NCBI GenBank assembly: GCA_046328925.1
Contig: JAXLVT010000002.1
Coordinates: 129,949 to 193,948 of the forward strand
Direction of reading: 5' to 3'
Origin: Anaerolineales bacterium
GTDB lineage: Bacteria > Chloroflexota > Anaerolineae > Anaerolineales > Villigracilaceae
DNA length: 64,000 nt
The notes beneath the pieces were generated by a model. It did no database searches, was not told the DNA's origin, and saw only the letters and a list, made by a program, of their open reading frames with translations. Each line of letters starts with the position of its first letter. The first letter of the stretch is position 1. This document shows, one piece after another, positions 58,567-64,000 of this stretch. The translations under genes were made by a program, and so were the position numbers.

Positions 58567-59937
58567 ATGGGACATATTTTCATCAGCTATAGCCATAAAG
58601 ATACTGAATATGCTCATCGCCTTGCAGAAAACCTGCAAAGTATGGGGTTTAACGTTTGGATTGATGCGCGTTTGGATTATGGTTCCCAGTGGCCACTTGA
58701 AATACAAAAACAATTGGATAGTTGTGATGCCTTTATTGTAATCATGACGCCTCGTGCCTTCGCCTCAGAATGGGTGCAAAGCGAATTACAGCGTGCCAAG
58801 CGGAAGCTAAAACCAATTTTCCCTTTGTTGCTTGAAGGGGAGGAACCCTGGCTTTCGGTGGAAGCAACACAGTTTTATGATGTGCGTAGTGGAAAGTTTC
58901 CAGACGAAAAGTTTTATTCTGCAATTCGAAGATCTGTAACAGCGAACCATGATGATGCAACACTGCATTATGTTAAAAGCCCAGCGGTGACTGTAAAACC
59001 TTCCCAGCCTGCGCCTAAGAAAAAAGGAATGAGCACAGAAATTGTGGTGGCCTTGATTGGGGGTGCAGTCACTTTAATTGCCGCTTGTGTCACCATCATT
59101 GGAGGTCCGTTGGTGGAGAAGTGGTTAAACTCTTCCCGTGTTTCGACATCTGTTCCTGTTGAAACCAGAGTTGTTACTTTGGAAACCACTGTGCCATCCT
59201 TAGAACTTAGCCCTGCAACTGGTTTAACAATAACACCATCCATTTTTTCTGATGCAAACAATACCCCAATGGCACTTGTGCCTGCGGGAGAATTCATAAT
59301 GGGCAGTGACAGTGGGGATGGCGATGAAAAACCAATTCACAAAGTGGAATTAAAAGCCTTTTATATAGATGTGTATGAAGTAACGAAGAAAGATTATTTT
59401 TCGTGTGTTGCTTCGCAGGCTTGTCAGTTGCCTGTTGGTAGTGGGGTTTCTTATGATCCAAGTGAGGCAGAGTATCCAGTAGGAATGGTGACTTGGGATA
59501 TGGCGAAAGCGTATTGTGAATGGCGTGATGCGCGATTGCCCACCGAAGCAGAATGGGAAAAAGCCGCCCGAGGAACGGACGGGAGAACTTATCCATGGGG
59601 TGAAGCTGAGCCGAGTTGTAGTCTTGTCAACTATGGTGATTGTGTGCATGGGCCTGTTCCTGTGGGTAGTTATCCCAATGGAATAAGCCCATATGGTATT
59701 TATGATATGAGTGGAAATGTTTTTGAATGGGTGAATGATTATTATTCAGATGTATATTATGCAATCTCGCCTGCTCAAGATCCGCAAGGGCCAACCAATG
59801 GAGAATATCGGGTGATTCGTGGTGGTTCATATGATTACGAGCCATATAAAATAAGGACTACGCTACGATTTGGTGAGCCTCCAGATTCAACAGCATATGG
59901 TCGCGGTTTCCGTTGTGCGAAAGATGCGACACAGTAA
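58567..59937 (+). CDS. TIR domain - TM helix - FGE-sulfatase (SUMF1/CLec-fold) protein
   Basis: HIFISYSHKD, WID, SEWVQSEL, IFPLLL; TM IVVALIGGAVTLIAACVTIIGG; VPAGEFIMGS, RLPTEAEWEKAARG, DMSGNVFEW, RGGS, GFRC. Confidence 0.9.
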   Translation: MGHIFISYSHKDTEYAHRLAENLQSMGFNVWIDARLDYGSQWPLEIQKQLDSCDAFIVIMTPRAFASEWVQSELQRAKRKLKPIFPLLLEGEEPWLSVEATQFYDVRSGKFPDEKFYSAIRRSVTANHDDATLHYVKSPAVTVKPSQPAPKKKGMSTEIVVALIGGAVTLIAACVTIIGGPLVEKWLNSSRVSTSVPVETRVVTLETTVPSLELSPATGLTITPSIFSDANNTPMALVPAGEFIMGSDSGDGDEKPIHKVELKAFYIDVYEVTKKDYFSCVASQACQLPVGSGVSYDPSEAEYPVGMVTWDMAKAYCEWRDARLPTEAEWEKAARGTDGRTYPWGEAEPSCSLVNYGDCVHGPVPVGSYPNGISPYGIYDMSGNVFEWVNDYYSDVYYAISPAQDPQGPTNGEYRVIRGGSYDYEPYKIRTTLRFGEPPDSTAYGRGFRCAKDATQ

Positions 59938-59944
59938 AACAGCT

Positions 59945-59975
59945 AAAGCCACAAGTGAAAACTTGTGGCTTTTTT
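59945..59975 (+). terminator. Intrinsic terminator
   Basis: AAAGCCACAAG-TGAAAA-CTTGTGGCTTT plus a T-run. Confidence 0.8.
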
Positions 59976-60054
59976 ATCGAAAATCAAAAATGTAAGGCGG
60001 ATTCAAAATACAGAGTTATATAATCAGCTCTATCAACATGGAAAGGGACAACAT

Positions 60055-60807
60055 ATGATTGAAGCTGAACATTTAACCAAACAATTTAAAGTGAAAATTT
60101 TCAAAAAAATTATTGCGGTGAACGACGCAAGTTTTACGGTCAATGATGGAGAAGTGGTGGGGTTGCTTGGTCCCAATGGTGCAGGTAAGACAACCATGAT
60201 GCGGTTACTTGCAACGGTGCTACATCCTACCGAGGGAGTTGCACGGGTGGATGGATTTGATACCCATACCCAATCGCGTGAAGTACGGCGCAGATTGGGC
60301 ATCCTCCCAGAAACTTGGGGACTCTATGAACGCTTCACTCCACGCGAACACTTGCGCATGTTCGGGGAATATTACGATATCAAAAAAGATGTGCTTGAGA
60401 ATCGAATTGATGAATTGGTCAAAGCATTGGATATGAGCGCATTTGCCGACCGAGAGTGTAAACGGTTTTCACCGGGCATGAGTCAAAAAGTAGCTTTGGC
60501 GCGGACTTTGATTCACAATCCACAAAATTTATTGTTGGATGAACCCACCAATGGTTTGGATGTGATGAGTGCCCGTCAGGTACGTAGATTAATTTCACAG
60601 TTACGGGAAGAGAAGCGTTGCGTCATGATCTCTACACATATTCTTAGTGAGGCTGAACGATTATGTGATCGTCTAATATTGATTGATAGCGGTAAAGTCA
60701 TTGCACAAGGTACGCCGCAGGAAATTTGCGAACGAACGGGCAAACCGAGTCTCGAAGATGCCTTCCTTTCCATTTTAGGGCGCGAAGATGTGGAGGTGAT
60801 GTCATGA
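60055..60807 (+). CDS. ABC exporter ATPase (NatA-like)
   Basis: GPNGAGKTT, FSPGMSQKV, LDEPTNGLDV, STH. Start MIEAEH. Confidence 0.88.
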   Translation: MIEAEHLTKQFKVKIFKKIIAVNDASFTVNDGEVVGLLGPNGAGKTTMMRLLATVLHPTEGVARVDGFDTHTQSREVRRRLGILPETWGLYERFTPREHLRMFGEYYDIKKDVLENRIDELVKALDMSAFADRECKRFSPGMSQKVALARTLIHNPQNLLLDEPTNGLDVMSARQVRRLISQLREEKRCVMISTHILSEAERLCDRLILIDSGKVIAQGTPQEICERTGKPSLEDAFLSILGREDVEVMS

Positions 60808-62063
60808 AGACCATTTGGCGTGTTCTTAGGAAGGAGATTCTTAATCTCACTCGCAACCGTCGCAGATTGTTCATGATGATTCTATTCAATCTCGTGTTGC
60901 TTCCCTGCCTTGCGATTATTCCCATGGGCATGATTACTCGTAAAACGGTACAAGGTGCAGTTCAAAAATTGGAAGTACCTGTACAGGGCATGCAATATGC
61001 ACCTGAACTGATTCAATACATCACAGAAAATGAATCCATTACCATCATTGATGCTGAAAATGTAGAAGCACTGGTGCACGAAAGAAAATATGCGGCGGGT
61101 TTAATCATTTCTGCTGATTTCAAAGAACAGTTACAAAGTGGTCAGTCTGCGCTGGTGATTGTGGTGGTGGACAAAAGTAAATCGTTGAGTCTGGAAGGGG
61201 AACGGCTAAAAAATGTCGTCCAAAAATATAACGAGACCATTCTTCAAGACCGACTCAAGGAAAAAGATATCGCTAGAGAATATCTCACGCCCGTTCAAGT
61301 GGAAGAATTAAATACAGCCACCGAACAAGAGACCAGTGGCTCACAGTTAAGTTTGTTGATACCAGGCTTCATCATGACTTTTGGTTTGACCAGTGGCTTA
61401 TCGATTGCAATTGGTTCCATTGCTGGCGAAAAGGAAGAACAAACTTTGGAGCCTGTTTTATTTACACCGGTCAGCCGTTCTCAACTTGTATTTGGAAAAT
61501 TACTCTCTGTCTTGGTGAACGTAATTTTTTCAGCACTCGGGTTTGTGTTTACCATTTTGTTTTCCGCTTTCATCTTTTTGTTAGCGGTTACTTTTTTCTT
61601 GCGTGATATAGATGTATCTGCCATTGCCGCCAATCCATCTCCTGCAGTGAACGGTGCTCTGCCTTTCGCGGGCGCAGCTTCTTTGTCTTTGCCGAGTCCG
61701 CTGGCTTTGGTTCTCTTTGTCGTTTCGATGCTTCCGATTATTTTATTGGGAGCGGCCTTGCAAATTATGATTTCTTCCATCGCACGTAATAGCGAAGAAG
61801 CCTACACCTATTCCTTGCCGTTAAATATCTTGTCCCTTGCACCTTTGCTTGTTTCATTTTTTCTGGATGAATTTGTTCCAGTGCTTGGTCATTATGCCAT
61901 TCCCATCTTTGGCACCATTCTTTCAATGCGCGACTTGTTGAGTAACCATATTCAAACTGTATCCCTGTCTGTAATGTTTGTTTCCTCCATTGGATATGCT
62001 GCGCTTGCAATTGGCGTTTCTATTTGGATGTTTAATCGGGAAGAAGTGGTTTTCCGTGCGTGA
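60804..62063 (+). CDS. ABC-2 permease (NatB-like)
   Basis: KEILNLTRNRR, AGEKEEQTLEPVLFTPVSR, FNREEVVFR. Confidence 0.85.
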   Translation: MKTIWRVLRKEILNLTRNRRRLFMMILFNLVLLPCLAIIPMGMITRKTVQGAVQKLEVPVQGMQYAPELIQYITENESITIIDAENVEALVHERKYAAGLIISADFKEQLQSGQSALVIVVVDKSKSLSLEGERLKNVVQKYNETILQDRLKEKDIAREYLTPVQVEELNTATEQETSGSQLSLLIPGFIMTFGLTSGLSIAIGSIAGEKEEQTLEPVLFTPVSRSQLVFGKLLSVLVNVIFSALGFVFTILFSAFIFLLAVTFFLRDIDVSAIAANPSPAVNGALPFAGAASLSLPSPLALVLFVVSMLPIILLGAALQIMISSIARNSEEAYTYSLPLNILSLAPLLVSFFLDEFVPVLGHYAIPIFGTILSMRDLLSNHIQTVSLSVMFVSSIGYAALAIGVSIWMFNREEVVFRA

Positions 62064-62156
62064 TGAAGAACACGCTTCTTCCTCCGCTCAAGCATGAGTG
62101 ATGTATCTGGACATATATCTTGGGCTTGAGTTTTATATCGGAACAGCAAACTAATA

Positions 62157-62193
62157 AAAAAGGAGTGACTGCACCGTGCAGTCACTCCTTTTT
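62157..62193. terminator. Bidirectional terminator
   Basis: AAAAAGGAGTGACTGCAC-C-GTGCAGTCACTCCTTTTT. Confidence 0.85.
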
Positions 62194-62207
62194 GGTGTTG
62201 TATTCTT

Positions 62208-64000
62208 TTACTTCTGCGTCACTTCTGTAACCCAAGCAATGAAGTTGTCAGTTGAGTTGCCTGTGCGTTCTGCCATGGTGTGTCCTTGATTCCAGACAGT
62301 GGCAAAGTCAACACTTTCGACGCTGTCATAATTTTCAAGTGCAAGCGCCAGATTCATTTCAACGGTTGTGGCTGTATCGCCCTGCTCGATGCCCGTACGG
62401 ATTCTCCAATATTTTGCAGGGGTTGAGGCTTGATATCCTTCATAGGAAGGCGACAAGTAATACATGGGGTTATACATATTTTGACGGTATTGAATCCCAT
62501 TCCCTACTGTATCAAGAGCTTTCAAGTCTGTGGCATAGGCATCCACATAAGAAGCATCCCAATCAGAAAACGTTGCATAGGAAGTCTGGTTTGCGGCGAG
62601 AAGGTCGGCAAGGACAAAATCGAAATGGAGATTGTCATTTTCATCGTTGCCAAAGACATTGTTCTCTGCAGCGCTGCGATCTAGATTATCAAATGCTCCG
62701 ACACTCTTGGAAGGATTCTTTTGGCTGTTTACAAACCATGCCAGACTAGTAATTTTTACAGTGTTAGTGGCAGCGTCGTAAGTTACCCATTGACCATCTT
62801 TGTTCAAAGCATCAATATATTCTTGAACGGTCTGGTACGTTACAGCGGTTTCAGAAGTTGAAGTGTTTCCAGCAGGTCCGCCCGCGGGAGGAGTCCCACC
62901 ACCAGGCATGCCACCATCTGGTGGGGTTCCGCCATTTGGAAGTCCACCGCCGGGTAAGTTTCCGCCTGCCATGAAACTGTTACCACTATCGGTATAAGGG
63001 AAGGTTGTATCTGCAAGGAAATGATTCAAAGAAGTTTCCACAGTTGCTACGAGATATTCATAATAACTACCAGCCGCATAGATACCATTTTCAGATTGTT
63101 CAAGGGTGAGTACATTCCCGTTTTCATCTTTAATGCCAAGCGCATTGATATAGTCTGCATAAGAGGCGGCTAAGTCTTTAGAAAGGGCGGCTGTGAATGT
63201 ACCTTCAGCTCGAGTTCCAGTGGATGAGTATTGACCCATGTTCCATTCATAGGCAGCATCGGCGTAATCCAGGCTTGTGATGGGGCACCATGCCATCGCG
63301 CCAGTTACTGCATCACTGATGTATTGACCTTCAGCGTCGTACATGGCCGCGCCAATAGACTCAAGATATGGGAAGTACAGTTTGCTGTCGCCTGAAGCGC
63401 CAACTACTGAAGTTTGTGCTCCACCACCGCTCATCCCGAAAACGAAGAGACTATCTGTATTGCCAGGCAGGATATTTTTGTTATACCGTACATACCGAAT
63501 GGCAGCTTTCAAGTCGGTGACGCCCCAAGGGGCGCCGCCACTGTACGTCAAATTGCCACTGGCATCATAGCCATTGTCACGCCCACGCATCCCAGCATAG
63601 ATGTAAATAAAACCTGCCTTTAGATAACTGGAAAGTTCATCATAACTATAAGCAGATGGAGCTTGCTGAGCAGAATAGCCTGGAGTGTTGACAGGGAACA
63701 TCATTGGGGCAGTCTTGGCAGTGAATCCATTAATGGTCCCCGCTTCATTGATGGTGGCGGTATAGGTTCCGTCACCATTGGCTGTTGCGGTCATATAGGC
63801 ACCAGGGACGTAAATGCCCAAGGTTTCGTATTCAGTAGCCGCTGGGGTGGCGGCGTATTGCACTCCAATTTGCCAGTAGACATCGTTCTCTGCATCATAA
63901 TTCCATGCAGAATTGTTGAAGGTGAGCGCTGAAGCATAGGCATCATCTTTGGTAGGATCCACTGCGGTCTCCTGTGTGGCTGTGGGATTGGGTGCGTCTG
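62208..64000 (-). CDS. Subtype-A tannase-like secreted alpha/beta hydrolase; 5' end lies outside the window
   Basis: ETLGIYVPGAYM, PVNTPGY, GVTDLKAAIRY, GMSGGGAQ nucleophile elbow, WCPIT, WRIRTG, VWNQGHTMAE; frame open to the window edge. Confidence 0.8.
   Translation of the reverse strand, partial: DAPNPTATQETAVDPTKDDAYASALTFNNSAWNYDAENDVYWQIGVQYAATPAATEYETLGIYVPGAYMTATANGDGTYTATINEAGTINGFTAKTAPMMFPVNTPGYSAQQAPSAYSYDELSSYLKAGFIYIYAGMRGRDNGYDASGNLTYSGGAPWGVTDLKAAIRYVRYNKNILPGNTDSLFVFGMSGGGAQTSVVGASGDSKLYFPYLESIGAAMYDAEGQYISDAVTGAMAWCPITSLDYADAAYEWNMGQYSSTGTRAEGTFTAALSKDLAASYADYINALGIKDENGNVLTLEQSENGIYAAGSYYEYLVATVETSLNHFLADTTFPYTDSGNSFMAGGNLPGGGLPNGGTPPDGGMPGGGTPPAGGPAGNTSTSETAVTYQTVQEYIDALNKDGQWVTYDAATNTVKITSLAWFVNSQKNPSKSVGAFDNLDRSAAENNVFGNDENDNLHFDFVLADLLAANQTSYATFSDWDASYVDAYATDLKALDTVGNGIQYRQNMYNPMYYLSPSYEGYQASTPAKYWRIRTGIEQGDTATTVEMNLALALENYDSVESVDFATVWNQGHTMAERTGNSTDNFIAWVTEVTQK

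Noticed and set aside
59800-59975. C-terminus of the FGE/CLec domain as a diversity-generating retroelement variable repeat, with a downstream hairpin
   Set aside because: No template repeat, reverse transcriptase or avd gene in the window, and the hairpin has a U-tract typical of a terminator. A remote DGR cannot be excluded without a genome search.

Overview
A gene-dense bacterial chromosomal window of roughly 45% GC by eye. Protein styles (Pro/Thr-rich lipoproteins, family-5 solute-binding proteins, a beta-helix surface protein) suggest Chloroflexota/Anaerolineales; this is inference. Layout: (i) 1-10.4 kb, a minus-strand accessory cluster (ArsR, SRPBCC x2, RibD-C, DUF1801 x2, VOC, SnoaL, BBE-type flavoprotein, DrrC-like UvrA2, DUF998, YciI, ECF sigma). 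Three sigma70-like promoters in it each carry an identically positioned SOS-box-like palindrome. (ii) lipA, nfeD and a pstSCAB-like operon that has Rrf2-type operators and a binding protein lacking the usual phosphate-ligating Ser/Thr residues. (iii) Mixed housekeeping genes (pyrE, NUDIX x2, USP, three short-chain CHR transporters, aminotransferase, pcrA, mscL), plus a 2.3-kb zone of heavily frameshifted genes. (iv) A 14-kb Opp/Dpp-type ABC locus with an embedded cytochrome c and a REC-Roadblock regulator. (v) tRNA-Gln, glmU, cdd, recO. (vi) An orphan cyanophycinase, a metallophosphoesterase divergent from a TIR-TM-FGE/CLec receptor-like gene, a NatAB-like exporter and a partial tannase. No transposase, integrase, prophage, rRNA or CRISPR array was seen. 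Best candidates for an undescribed system: the Rrf2-controlled non-canonical Pst transporter, the putatively SOS-controlled genotoxin-defence cluster, and the Toll-like TIR receptor. All family assignments come from motif recognition by eye, not database searches.
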